Below, in pieces: positions 17,401 to 27,056 of a stretch of 41,380 bases of DNA; within the stretch, counting starts at the first letter, position 1; each line of letters starts with the position of its first letter. The translations under genes were made by a program, and so were the position numbers. Origin of the DNA: an uncultured Myxococcales bacterium (GTDB taxonomy: Bacteria; Desulfobacterota; Binatia; UBA1149; CAYXZP01); the NCBI GenBank assembly GCA_964469485.1, contig CAYXZP010000005.1, positions 1 to 41,380 of the forward strand, given 5' to 3'. The notes beneath the pieces are model-generated. The model made no database searches. It was not told where the DNA came from and was given only the letters and a program-made list of their open reading frames with translations.

Positions 17401-18063
17401 ATGAGAAGTCTTAGTCTGTTGGCCACCATTGCGCTGTTGATCGCAACCACGTCGGTACCGGCATGGGCCGGTAGGTCGAAGGTGTTGGCAAGCCTGGTCC
17501 CGACCACCAATGGTACAGAGATGGTGGATACCAACGATGACGGTATTGACGATACCATGGTCGCTGTCGGCACCATCTCTGCAAAGAGCAAGTTTATCAT
17601 CAAGAGCAACGGGCTCATGAAGGGCCTGCTCAAGGACATCACGGACGACAGCGGCAATCCCGTCACAACCGACGGGTCGTACAAAGCCAGCGGCACGCTT
17701 ACGGGAGACGAGTACGTCATCGTGATCAGCGGTAAGTTCTTTGCCATGGACGTGGACTATGCTTTCGTGCTCGGGGTCGAGGCCAAGAAAGGCAAAGGCG
17801 CCACCAAGCTCGACGGCTCGAGCATGTTCGGCCTTATACCGGAAGGCGCGCACCGAGCCTCCTCGGTTGATTCCATACGTGCCTACGGTCCCATAGGCGC
17901 CGAGAACATCGACGGCTGCCAGAACATACTCGATGCCAACGGCACCATTCTGTACCCGGACACGACGCCCAACTTCTGCATCGGACAACAGGCCGGCGAA
18001 CCCTACCCGACCGCACCGACCGTCCGTATGATCGGCGCCGGCGGAATGCTCATCGACGGCTGA
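17401..18063 (+). CDS. Hypothetical secreted protein with DxNxDG Ca-binding-like loop
   Basis: Good RBS, signal peptide (AWA-G), DTNDDGIDD; no family recognised. Confidence 0.75.
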   Translation: MRSLSLLATIALLIATTSVPAWAGRSKVLASLVPTTNGTEMVDTNDDGIDDTMVAVGTISAKSKFIIKSNGLMKGLLKDITDDSGNPVTTDGSYKASGTLTGDEYVIVISGKFFAMDVDYAFVLGVEAKKGKGATKLDGSSMFGLIPEGAHRASSVDSIRAYGPIGAENIDGCQNILDANGTILYPDTTPNFCIGQQAGEPYPTAPTVRMIGAGGMLIDG

Positions 18064-18086
18064 GATCACCCAGAGGGGAAGTTATC

Positions 18087-19691
18087 ATGAGCCCAGCGAG
18101 CGGCCAGGCAAGCGGGGCGCTCCTTCTCGCCGCGGCCTTTTTGCTCGCGGCCCCGGCCCACGCCGAGATCAGCGTCGAGGAACGGACCTTCGTCGACAGC
18201 AGCCGCTCGACGCCCGCCAACGGGAACTACCAGGGCGCGCCCGACCGCACCCTTCCGACGCTCGTGTGGACGCCCGACAGTTCGTGCACGGCGAGCGGAC
18301 GCTGCCAGCCCTACCCCTTGTTGCTCATGGCCCACGGCATGTCGGGACTGCCCGAAGCTTTCGATGCCTTCGCGCGCACGATGGCCGAGGGCGGATACGT
18401 GGTCGCCGCGCCGGCCTTTCCGCTAACCAACGCCGATGCGCCCGGTGGTTCGCAAAGCGGCTTCCCCGACACTGTTCGCCAACCCGATGATCTGGTCTTC
18501 GTCGCGGCCCGCTTGCAGGCGGCAACGGCCGACCCGGCCGACAGCCTGTACGGGCGCATCGACGCTGCTTCGGTCTCGGCGCTCGGGGTATCGCTCGGCG
18601 GTTCCACGGTCGAGGCCCTGGCGCACACAGACTGCTGCGACGCTCTCGAACTGGACGCCGCCGTGTTGGCCGGAACCTACACGGGGATACTGCAGATGTT
18701 CGGCGGGCAGCTGCACTCGGATGGCCCGACCACGCTGGTGCTGCACGGCACGGCCGATGAGCTCATCCCCTTCTCGACCGTACCCGGACTTCTCCGGATT
18801 CTGCCGGTCCCACGCTTCTTGGTCGGCATAAAGGACGCCGAGCACGACGACTATGTGGACAGCCAGACCGAACCCGCCACTGCCGGTCGCGCCGCGGCTG
18901 AGCTTGCCACGCTTGCCCTCCTCGACTGGAAGGTCCGCGGCGAGGAAACGCCTTTCACCGACGCCATGGAATCGCTGGCCGGCCAGGACCATACGGTGGT
19001 CATAGAGCAGTGCCTGGCCGCCGGCGGCGACTGCGCGCCGGCCTGCACGGCTGTTGCCTGGAGCCAGACGCCGGCCTCGCCCCCCGACCAGCGTCCCTCG
19101 CGCGCGATGGTCAAGGTCAGGGGACTCGACCGGCCCGGGCGGGCCAAGCTGGTAGCCAAGGGATTCTTCAACCCGGCCGGCGGCACCGGTGCCGTGGACC
19201 CGGCAGCCGACGGCATACACCTCCGCCTGGGCCTCAACGGCGAGGTCGTATACGACGTCAACGTACCGGCCGGCCCGCTTTGTTCCTCACGAGGGGGCTG
19301 GACGGTCAAGAGCGGCGCCAAGCCGGTGTGGAAGTATCGCAATCGTTCTGGTGCCGTCGGGCCGCTTTGCGCCGAGGGTAGCGCCAAGGGTTTGGCAACG
19401 GTCGTCGTAAAGGATCTCCGTGCCACCTCCAAAAACGCGTTCCGTTACACCGTCAAGGTAAAGAAGACGGTGCTTGCCGGGACCGCCGCGGCCCCGTTGA
19501 CCGAGGTCAGCCTGGCCTTCGTGATGTCGGCCCAAGCCGAGCTCGGCATCCCATCGGCCGCGGCCGCGGCCGGGCACTGCGCCGTCGACCTCACCACCGG
19601 AGACCCCATCGCCGGGGCCGCGCCAAAGCCTTTTTGCAGCGTGAAAACTGCGGGCGCCGCTCTCAGCGCGATCTTCTGTAAAGGCCTCTAG
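18087..19691 (+). CDS. Secreted alpha/beta hydrolase (chlorophyllase/dienelactone hydrolase-like) with Lys/Cys-rich C-terminal domain
   Basis: Signal peptide (AHA-E); YPLLLMAHG, GYVVAAP, nucleophile elbow GVSLGG, HGTADELIP (Asp), AEHDD (His). Confidence 0.82.
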   Translation: MSPASGQASGALLLAAAFLLAAPAHAEISVEERTFVDSSRSTPANGNYQGAPDRTLPTLVWTPDSSCTASGRCQPYPLLLMAHGMSGLPEAFDAFARTMAEGGYVVAAPAFPLTNADAPGGSQSGFPDTVRQPDDLVFVAARLQAATADPADSLYGRIDAASVSALGVSLGGSTVEALAHTDCCDALELDAAVLAGTYTGILQMFGGQLHSDGPTTLVLHGTADELIPFSTVPGLLRILPVPRFLVGIKDAEHDDYVDSQTEPATAGRAAAELATLALLDWKVRGEETPFTDAMESLAGQDHTVVIEQCLAAGGDCAPACTAVAWSQTPASPPDQRPSRAMVKVRGLDRPGRAKLVAKGFFNPAGGTGAVDPAADGIHLRLGLNGEVVYDVNVPAGPLCSSRGGWTVKSGAKPVWKYRNRSGAVGPLCAEGSAKGLATVVVKDLRATSKNAFRYTVKVKKTVLAGTAAAPLTEVSLAFVMSAQAELGIPSAAAAAGHCAVDLTTGDPIAGAAPKPFCSVKTAGAALSAIFCKGL

Positions 19692-20476
19692 CCCGTAGCG
19701 CGCTTGACACCGGCCCGGAAAAGGCCGGGCAGGAGCGCCTTGACGAGATAGGCGCCGGCGAGGGCGCGCGGATAGGTGATCGTGCGCTTGCCGCGTGCGA
19801 GCGCACCGATGGCCGCGTCGGCCAGCTGCGAGGCCTCGACCATAGAGCGCCTGGCGGCCCACGGCATCGCGGCCAGCGCCTCCTCGTCGAAGAAATCGGT
19901 TCGGACCGTGCCCGGGCAGACCGTCAGAACGTGGACGCCGGCCTCTTCGACCTCGACCGACAGCGATTCGGCAAGGCCGACGGTCGCAAACTTGGTGGCC
20001 GCGTAGCCGCTCTCACCCGGCGGCGCGATGCGGCCGGCCACCGAGGCCATGAAGACCAGCCAGCCCGAGCGCCGCTCCACCATCGAAGGCAGCAATGCCT
20101 TGGTCCAGTAAAGCGAACCGAAGTAGTTGGTCCGCATCATGCGCTCCATGTCGTCGAGTTCCCAGGCCAGCAAGCTTCGGTGGCGCCCGTAACCGGCGTT
20201 GTTGACCAAAAGGTCTACCTTGCCAAACTTCTCTATGGCGAAGGCCGCCGAGGCCTCGACCGCACGGCGGTCCGAGACGTCACAGGGGAGGACCAGCGCC
20301 CGGCCACCGCCGGCCTCTATATCGGCGGCCAGTTCTTCGAGAAGTTCGCTGCGGCGAGCTACCAGGGCGACCTGTGCGCCACGCGCGGCGATGCGAAGGG
20401 CCAGCTCGCGGCCTATGCCGCTCGATGCCCCCGTAACGACGGCCCCAAGGCCTTGGTAGCTCTTTAGCTTCGACAC
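19688..20476 (-). CDS. Short-chain dehydrogenase/reductase (SDR)
   Basis: Start moved to GTG 20476; VVTGASSGIG, NNAG, YAATK; its stop overlaps the convergent hydrolase stop (CTAG). Confidence 0.9.
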   Translation of the reverse strand: MSKLKSYQGLGAVVTGASSGIGRELALRIAARGAQVALVARRSELLEELAADIEAGGGRALVLPCDVSDRRAVEASAAFAIEKFGKVDLLVNNAGYGRHRSLLAWELDDMERMMRTNYFGSLYWTKALLPSMVERRSGWLVFMASVAGRIAPPGESGYAATKFATVGLAESLSVEVEEAGVHVLTVCPGTVRTDFFDEEALAAMPWAARRSMVEASQLADAAIGALARGKRTITYPRALAGAYLVKALLPGLFRAGVKRATG

Positions 20477-20480
20477 GATC

Positions 20481-21251
20481 TCAGAGTTCGTAGCCGCCGC
20501 CGGGCGCGCGTTTCCAAGCGCCGGCGGCGTGGTTACCGCCGTCCACGTGGATGACGGTCCCGGTGATAAAGCGCGAGGCGTCGCTGGCCAGGAACAGAGC
20601 CGCCTGAGCGACGTCCTCCGGCCGGCCCTCGTAGGGCAGCGGGCGCGGTATCTCGGCCGGCCCGTACTGCTCGAGACCGGGCGTGGGAATGGCGTCGGGA
20701 GCAATGGCGTTGACCCGGATGCTGCGGCCGGCAAGCTCGAGGGCAAGGGTCTTGGCGAGGTTCTCCTGTGCGGCCTTCATCGCGGAATAAATTGCGTAGC
20801 CCGGGCCGGCCCGGTGAGCCTCTATGGAGGTGATGTTGATTATGGAGCCGCCGCCCTCGGGCATCAGCGGAACCACCGCGCGTATCATCGCCGTCACGCT
20901 CGTGAAGTTCTCGCGAACGAGCGCGTCCTCGCCCTTTTCGTTGACGTCCATGAAGTCGGCAACGAAGCCGCCGCCGGCGTTGTTCACCAGAACGTCGAGT
21001 TTGCCCGCCTCGGCGGCCGTCTCGGCGACAAAGGCGGCCGTGGCCTCGCCGTCGCGAACATCGAGCAGGGCCACGATCGCTTTGCGGCCACACGCTTCTA
21101 TGTCCGTTGCCGTGGCACGGAGCCCATCGGCGTCGCGGTCGCAGATGGCAAGGTCGGCGCCGGCCTCGGCGAAGAGCCGGGCTATGGCCGCGCCTATGCC
21201 CTGGGCTGCGCCCGTGACCAGCGCGGTTCGTTCTTTGAGTGACAGTTCCAT
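20481..21251 (-). CDS. Short-chain dehydrogenase/reductase (SDR)
   Basis: Start moved to ATG 21251; LVTGAAQGIG, NNAG, YSAMK, IRVNAIAP, FITG..IHVDGG. Confidence 0.92.
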   Translation of the reverse strand: MELSLKERTALVTGAAQGIGAAIARLFAEAGADLAICDRDADGLRATATDIEACGRKAIVALLDVRDGEATAAFVAETAAEAGKLDVLVNNAGGGFVADFMDVNEKGEDALVRENFTSVTAMIRAVVPLMPEGGGSIINITSIEAHRAGPGYAIYSAMKAAQENLAKTLALELAGRSIRVNAIAPDAIPTPGLEQYGPAEIPRPLPYEGRPEDVAQAALFLASDASRFITGTVIHVDGGNHAAGAWKRAPGGGYEL

Positions 21252-21253
21252 GG

Positions 21254-21281
21254 TTGCGTTGTGCGACGCGGAGGCTATCAT
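21254..21281 (+). promoter_or_regulatory. Possible promoter for the thiolase-DUF35-amidohydrolase operon
   Basis: TTGCGT (21254-21259), 16 bp spacer, TATCAT (21276-21281) in the divergent gap. Confidence 0.33.
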
Positions 21282-21329
21282 GCCCTCGCGGATGCGTCAC
21301 GCCGGCAGCTGTGGCAATCTTCACCACTC

Positions 21330-22535
21330 GTGGCCGAGCGTCTGACAGACTGGGGACGGGCAACCGAGTTCGACAACATCCGGGGCCGGGTCGCGATCTG
21401 CGGCATAGGCGAGGCCGACCACAGCAAGGCTTCGGGACGAAGCTCGGAGGAGATAGCCGCCGAAGCCATAGGGCGGGCCATAGATGACGCCGGCCTCGAG
21501 CCGGCCGACATAGACGGCATCATGTTCCCCGGCGGCATGGCAGAGGCCTTCGATGCCCCGGCCTTCCACCGCGCCTTCGGAACCGACCATGAGATGTTCG
21601 AGTCCGGCCGCGGCGGCGCCATGGTCTGGGCTGCGACCGCGCCGGCCGTGGCCGCACGCGCGCTGGCCGATGGAAAGGCCCGTTACATCGTAAACGCCTT
21701 CGCCGTGGCCTGGGCCAGTGAGCGCTCGAACATGACGGGCGGACCCGGGCAGTTTCACGCCGGCGATGTCTTCAAAGCCAATCTCGAGGCGCCCTTCGGT
21801 TGGTTCCCGCAACCGGTCTACTTCGCGACCATCGCGCGCCGGCACATGCACGAGTTCGGAACCACCGAGGAACAACTCGGTGCGATCGCGGTAACATGCC
21901 GGCGCCACGCCAACCTCACCCCTTCGGCCGTGATGCACGAAAGGAAGCTCACGCTTGCCGAGTACATGTCACGACCCATGCTGGCCGACCCGCTGCGGGT
22001 GGAGGACTGCTGTCTGATCTCGGACGGGGGGGCGGCCTTCATCATGACGACGGCCGAAAGGGCCCGCGATCTACGCCAGCCGGCGGCGATAGTGGAGGGC
22101 ATCGGCGAGGGCGTCTCCGACACGGGTCTTTACTGGGGCCAGCAGCCGGCCTTCACCTCCACCCCGCAGGTGTTCTCGGCACCGGCGGCCTTCCGTATGG
22201 CCGGAATAGCGCCCGGCGATGTCGATGTCCTGGCCCTCTATGATCCCTTCACGATAGTCGCCCTCCTGCAGATCGAGGACATGGGTTTTTGCGACAAGGG
22301 CGAGGCCGGGACTCTGGCAGACTCGGGCGCCCTCGACTTCGACTCGGGCCGTCTTCCCTATAACACCCACGGCGGTCTGCTCTCGCACGCTTACGTGCTC
22401 GGAAGCGCCCACGTCGTCGAGCTGGTCCGCCAGCTGCGCGGCCAGGCCCGGGCCCAGGTCGACGGCGCCCGTCTTGCCGTCTACGGCGGCTACACCGGCC
22501 ATCTGGCGAGCACGCTGGTGCTCGGGAGAGCCTAA
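21330..22535 (+). CDS. Thiolase-fold protein, Ltp2/SCP-x aldolase-like (no N-domain catalytic Cys)
   Basis: VAICGIG, DCCLISDGG, LYDPFT, NTHGGLLSHAYVLG; start at GTG 21330 is uncertain. Confidence 0.85.
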   Translation: MAERLTDWGRATEFDNIRGRVAICGIGEADHSKASGRSSEEIAAEAIGRAIDDAGLEPADIDGIMFPGGMAEAFDAPAFHRAFGTDHEMFESGRGGAMVWAATAPAVAARALADGKARYIVNAFAVAWASERSNMTGGPGQFHAGDVFKANLEAPFGWFPQPVYFATIARRHMHEFGTTEEQLGAIAVTCRRHANLTPSAVMHERKLTLAEYMSRPMLADPLRVEDCCLISDGGAAFIMTTAERARDLRQPAAIVEGIGEGVSDTGLYWGQQPAFTSTPQVFSAPAAFRMAGIAPGDVDVLALYDPFTIVALLQIEDMGFCDKGEAGTLADSGALDFDSGRLPYNTHGGLLSHAYVLGSAHVVELVRQLRGQARAQVDGARLAVYGGYTGHLASTLVLGRA

Positions 22536-22961
22536 GTGGCCTTTCCGCTGCCGGACACCGATGCGCCGGAAACCCGCGAGTTCTGGGCGGCGGCTGCCCA
22601 AAGCAGGCTCGTGGTCCCGCGCTGCAACGGCTGCGGCAAGTGGAACTGGTACCCACGTGAGGCCTGTACGGGATGCGGCGGGACCGAGATGCCGTGGACA
22701 GAGGCCAGCGGGCGCGGACGTCTGTTCTCGTGGACGGTTGTCCGCCACCGCCTACTTGCGGCCTACCAACCCATGATCCCCTACACCACCGGGATCGTGA
22801 CGCTCGAGGAGGACGAGACCGTTAGAATAGTAACGACCATAGTCGACGCCGACCCGGACGATCTTCTGATCGGCATAGACATGTGCGTGGTGTTCCGACC
22901 GCTTGCGATCGATGGCGCCGCGGACGGGCTGCTTGCCCCAATGTTCGCCCCCGCGCTATAG
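22536..22961 (+). CDS. Zn-ribbon + OB-fold protein (DUF35 / ChsH2-C-like)
   Basis: EFWAAA...RCNGCG...YPREACTGC, SGRGRLFSWTV, PY..GIVTLEE; abuts the thiolase stop. Confidence 0.9.
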   Translation: MAFPLPDTDAPETREFWAAAAQSRLVVPRCNGCGKWNWYPREACTGCGGTEMPWTEASGRGRLFSWTVVRHRLLAAYQPMIPYTTGIVTLEEDETVRIVTTIVDADPDDLLIGIDMCVVFRPLAIDGAADGLLAPMFAPAL

Positions 22962-22968
22962 GACGCAG

Positions 22969-24153
22969 GTGGACGGACTCTTTCGCGACTACGCCAGCAT
23001 CGATTACCCCATCATCGATTCCGACTCGCACGTGAACGAGCCGGCCGATCTGTGGCAGCAGAGCGTTCCGGCCTCTCTCAAGCAGCGCGCCCCGCGCGTA
23101 GAAAGTGGCGAGAACGGAGACATCTGGGTATTCGACAACGGTCGGGAGAAGTGGCCCTTGGGGCTTACGGCCGTGGCCGGACTCAGCTACTTCGACTACC
23201 GGGTGACCGGGCTCACCTACGACACCATCCGGCCGGGCAGCTTCGACACCGAGGCCCGTCTCAAGGACATGGACGCCGACGGCATCCACGCCCAAGTGCT
23301 CTATCCGAGCATCACGCTCAAGGGCGCGCGCATCTACGGGGACGACCGTGAGCTGCAGCTGGCCTGCGTCGAGGCCTACAACGATTGGCTGTTGTCATTT
23401 TGCGGGGGCTCGGCCGGCCGCCTCATACCCCAGGCCATCATCCCGACCACCGGCATAGAGGACGCCTGCCGAACGCTCGAAACAGCGATGAAGAAGGGGC
23501 ATCGCGGCGTCGTGATCTCGGCCTTTCCCAACGGCAGCCTCGACCCCCTCGAAGAGGATGACCGTTTCTGGTCACTGGCCGAGGAGGGCCGGGTGCCCAT
23601 CGCCGTTCACATCGGCGGCTTCATCCGCGAGGACCTCACCAAGCGCCGCAAGATGACCTGGACCTCGCTTGCCTTCGTCGGTATGGCCGCGCTCACCAAG
23701 GCCGGTGGTCAGACACTGCCGGCGGTCTGCGACATCCTGTTCTCGGGTATCTTCGAAAAGCACCCCGCTCTCGAAATAGTGCTGGTCGAGTCCAACATCG
23801 GTTGGATACCGAGCCTGCTCGAACAGTCCGACGACATGTTCATGCGCTTCCGTTGGTACACCGGGGCCGTCGAGGAGCAGACCGAGATGCCGAGCGAGAT
23901 CTTCCGCCGTAACTTCTGGGCCACCTTCATGATCGACACCGTCGGCATGGACCTGCTCCACCGCATGAACGTGCGACACCTGATGTGGTCGACCGACTAC
24001 CCGCACAGCGGCACCGACTGGCCCAACTCGCGGCTCACCATCGAACGGGTGTTCCGCGACGTGCCCGACGAGGACGTCAAGCTCATGCTCCACACCAACT
24101 GCAAGGAAATCTACGGGCTCGACCACATTCCCGGCACGCGCAACGGCGCCTGA
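22969..24153 (+). CDS. Amidohydrolase_2 family protein
   Basis: Start moved to GTG 22969; IIDSDSHVNEP, RLKDMDADGIHAQVLYP, AYNDW, HIG, ESNIGWIP, WSTDYPH. Confidence 0.88.
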   Translation: MDGLFRDYASIDYPIIDSDSHVNEPADLWQQSVPASLKQRAPRVESGENGDIWVFDNGREKWPLGLTAVAGLSYFDYRVTGLTYDTIRPGSFDTEARLKDMDADGIHAQVLYPSITLKGARIYGDDRELQLACVEAYNDWLLSFCGGSAGRLIPQAIIPTTGIEDACRTLETAMKKGHRGVVISAFPNGSLDPLEEDDRFWSLAEEGRVPIAVHIGGFIREDLTKRRKMTWTSLAFVGMAALTKAGGQTLPAVCDILFSGIFEKHPALEIVLVESNIGWIPSLLEQSDDMFMRFRWYTGAVEEQTEMPSEIFRRNFWATFMIDTVGMDLLHRMNVRHLMWSTDYPHSGTDWPNSRLTIERVFRDVPDEDVKLMLHTNCKEIYGLDHIPGTRNGA

Positions 24154-24162
24154 CCGGGCCTG

Positions 24163-25239
24163 CTAGACCAGGCCGTAAAAGCGTGAGGCGTTCGTACCGA
24201 GTATCGCCGCCCTTGTGTCTTCGTCGATGTCGCTGCGCTTGCGAAGCGGGCGGGAGCTTTCGGGAAACTCGCTGTCCCAGTGGGGGTAGTCGCTGGCGTA
24301 CATGATGAAGTCACGGCCAAGTTCCTCGACGACGGCCGGTAGCATCGCCTCCTCGGGCTCGCAGCTGACCCATATCTGTCCGCGCTCCAAGTATTCCCGC
24401 GGCGGACGCTTCCAACCGCGCTCTATCCAGTCGCCACGCTTTTCGAAGTGCTCGTGCATGCGCTCGAGGAAGTAAGGCGCCCAACTTACACCCGCCTCCA
24501 GAAAGGCCACGCGGAGCCCCGGGTGGCGTTCGAACACACCGCCGCTCACCAGCGCCGTCATCGCGGTCATCTGGTCGAAGGGAAAGCTGATGCAGTGCAC
24601 CTGTATGTAGTTGTCGAAACGGTCCACGCCGATCTTGGGCAGGTGTACCCCCGGCGCACCGTGGATGCCGAGCGGCAGGTCGAGCTCGGCGGCGGCGCGG
24701 TAGAAGGAATCGAGGTCGGCGTGGTCGAGGTTACGCACCTTGAGGGCCGGCGGTACCATGACCGCGACCAGGCCCGCTTCCTTGATGCCGGCGAGCATCG
24801 CCACCGAACGGTCCACGTCCTCGATGGGAACCACCCCGACGCCGAACAGACGGCCCTTCGAATCACGGCACCAGTCGGCGACGAAACCGTTGTAGAGCGT
24901 GGCGAACTCGGCCGCGAAACCGGCGTCCTCGAAGCCCGGGATGGCGATACCGAGGCTGGGGTAGAGCACCATACGGTCTATGCCCTCGCGGTCGGCATCG
25001 CCGAGCATGCCCGCCACCGTCGTCGGGTCGATACCGTCGGCGGTATTCAGCGAATTGGCCGGTGGGCAACCGGCACCCGGACCCGTGGGCTCGGGGTAGC
25101 GGCGCCCCTCGATGGTGATGCCGGGCATGCCGCCGTCAGCCTCGGCAATGCGGACCTTGTCGGGCCAGCGCTCGAGGGCTTGGATGGCGAACGGGGCGCC
25201 CTCGATCATGTGGGCATCGGCGTCGACTACCAGTGCCAC
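24163..25239 (-). CDS. Amidohydrolase_2 family protein
   Basis: VVDADAHMIE, EGIDRMVLYPS, YNGF, GVFERHPGLRVAFLEAG, ASDYPHWD. Confidence 0.88.
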   Translation of the reverse strand: MALVVDADAHMIEGAPFAIQALERWPDKVRIAEADGGMPGITIEGRRYPEPTGPGAGCPPANSLNTADGIDPTTVAGMLGDADREGIDRMVLYPSLGIAIPGFEDAGFAAEFATLYNGFVADWCRDSKGRLFGVGVVPIEDVDRSVAMLAGIKEAGLVAVMVPPALKVRNLDHADLDSFYRAAAELDLPLGIHGAPGVHLPKIGVDRFDNYIQVHCISFPFDQMTAMTALVSGGVFERHPGLRVAFLEAGVSWAPYFLERMHEHFEKRGDWIERGWKRPPREYLERGQIWVSCEPEEAMLPAVVEELGRDFIMYASDYPHWDSEFPESSRPLRKRSDIDEDTRAAILGTNASRFYGLV

Positions 25240-25241
25240 GT

Positions 25242-26972
25242 TCAGGCCGAAGCGCGCACCGTCTCGGTATCGGTCCCCGACCTGAGTACACGGCCCTCCC
25301 GCTCACCGGTAAGCTCGCCCGCGCGCACGGCCTCCGTGCCGCCGACGATGACATGCTCGATGCCGTCGGCCTCGGCGTAGAGGCGGGCGGCGTCGGCGGG
25401 CAGGTCCGAGCGGGTGTGCAGCTCGCGGGGACCTATGGTCTCGGGGTCGAAGACGCAGACATCCGCGGTCCAACCCTCGGCCAGACGGCCGCGACCTTTG
25501 AGACCGTAGAGGCGGGCCGGCACATCGGTCAGCTGGCGCACCGCGTCCTCGAGACCGATAAGACCTCTGTCGCGACGGCCCGGGCCGAGCAGCGCGGTCG
25601 GGCAAGCGAAGGTGTCTATCATGTCGAGGTGCGCACCGGCATCCGAGCCACCGACCACGACACGCTCGTCTTGCCACACCTCGGCGCGAAGTTTCCAGCT
25701 CTCCTCATCGTCGCCGGGTATGAACGGCGAGAACGATGTCCGCATGTCCTCGTCCAGCGAGAGGTCGCAGAACATGTCGAAAGGCGTCTTGCCGCGTTCG
25801 GCGGCGACCTCGCCGAGATTGCGGCCGGTAAGACCTTCGTTGCCCGCGTTGAAGGTCTCGGCGATGGTCATGTTCTCCCAGATCGCCAGGAAACCGATGG
25901 GGCCGGCCTCGGGCGACTTGGCGCCGGCCTCGAGACGCTGGCGGGTGCCGGGGTCGGCGAAGGCCCGGCGGCGCTCGTCCATGGGGAGTGCGAGCACGGG
26001 AGCCCACTCGGGAAGAACATCAAAGATAAAACCGCTGGTAAGGTTGAGGCGCAGCGACATTGTCTGCGGAAGGCTGAGCGCAACGACCCGTCCGCCGTTG
26101 GCCGCGGCGTAATCGGATGCCTCGAGCTGTCGGCGGTACATGTCGGGCATGAAGGACTGCACCGTAAGAACGTTCCAGTTGAGCGGACGGTCGGCCTCGC
26201 GAGACATCGAGGCCATGAGGGCCTGTATATCCTCACTGAACTCACCGACCGCGGGTATGAACTCGAGCGTGGTGCCCTCGTGCCGACCGGTGACGCGGCA
26301 AAGTCTGAGCAGTTCCTCGGGCTCTGCATGGCGTGAGGGCACGGGCTGGCCGTCGCCGTCGTTGTGGGTGGGAGCCCAGGTCGAGGAGAACCCGAGCCCG
26401 CCGCCATCGAGCGACTCGCCGAGCAGCGTCTCCATGGCCACAAGATCATCCTCGGTGGCCTTGCCTCCCACCGAACGCTCGCCCATTACGGCGCGCCGGA
26501 TGGCGCAGTGCCCGACCAGGAAGCCGGCGTTTATCGAAATGTTGCCCTCGAGCGCGTCGAGATAGTCGGCGAAGCTCCGCCAGTCCCAGGGACAGCCCTC
26601 GCGCAGGCTCTCCAGCGGCATACCTTCAACACGGGCGAGCATGTTCATGAGATAGTCGCCGCTGTCGTCGGTCAGCGGCGCGATGCTGAAGCCGCAGTTG
26701 CCACCCACCACGGTCGTCACGCCGTGGATCGAGGACGGGGTAAGGCCGCCGTCCCAGAAGACCTGGGCGTCGTAATGGGTGTGTATGTCGACGAAGCCGG
26801 GGGCCACGACCAGTCCCGTGGCATCGATGGTCTTGGCGGCGCCGTCCTTTATTTCGCCTATGGCGACTATGCGGCCGCCGGCAATCCCCAGATCGGCCGG
26901 GCGGCCGGCCGCACCGGTGCCGTCGATGACGGTGCCTCCTTTTATGACGCAGTCGAGCACGGGAGCCGGCAT
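25242..26972 (-). CDS. N-acyl-D-amino-acid deacylase family amidohydrolase (amidohydro_3)
   Basis: Start moved to ATG 26972; IKGGTVIDGTG, PGFVDIHTHYD, GVTTVVGGNCG, GSDAGAH, RGRLAEGWTADVCVFDP. Confidence 0.88.
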   Translation of the reverse strand: MPAPVLDCVIKGGTVIDGTGAAGRPADLGIAGGRIVAIGEIKDGAAKTIDATGLVVAPGFVDIHTHYDAQVFWDGGLTPSSIHGVTTVVGGNCGFSIAPLTDDSGDYLMNMLARVEGMPLESLREGCPWDWRSFADYLDALEGNISINAGFLVGHCAIRRAVMGERSVGGKATEDDLVAMETLLGESLDGGGLGFSSTWAPTHNDGDGQPVPSRHAEPEELLRLCRVTGRHEGTTLEFIPAVGEFSEDIQALMASMSREADRPLNWNVLTVQSFMPDMYRRQLEASDYAAANGGRVVALSLPQTMSLRLNLTSGFIFDVLPEWAPVLALPMDERRRAFADPGTRQRLEAGAKSPEAGPIGFLAIWENMTIAETFNAGNEGLTGRNLGEVAAERGKTPFDMFCDLSLDEDMRTSFSPFIPGDDEESWKLRAEVWQDERVVVGGSDAGAHLDMIDTFACPTALLGPGRRDRGLIGLEDAVRQLTDVPARLYGLKGRGRLAEGWTADVCVFDPETIGPRELHTRSDLPADAARLYAEADGIEHVIVGGTEAVRAGELTGEREGRVLRSGTDTETVRASA

Positions 26973-27056
26973 CGTGATTTCTCGGCCATAGTCAGTCAAG
27001 TCCGCTGGACTCACCGCCCCGCGGCATACAACCTTGCCGGCCTCGAAGTTGGCCGA

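Noticed and set aside
24157-24174. Short hairpin GGCCTG-N6-CAGGCC at a convergent gene junction
   Set aside because: Only 6 bp, partly inside a coding end, with no U-tract after it on either strand; too weak to call a terminator.
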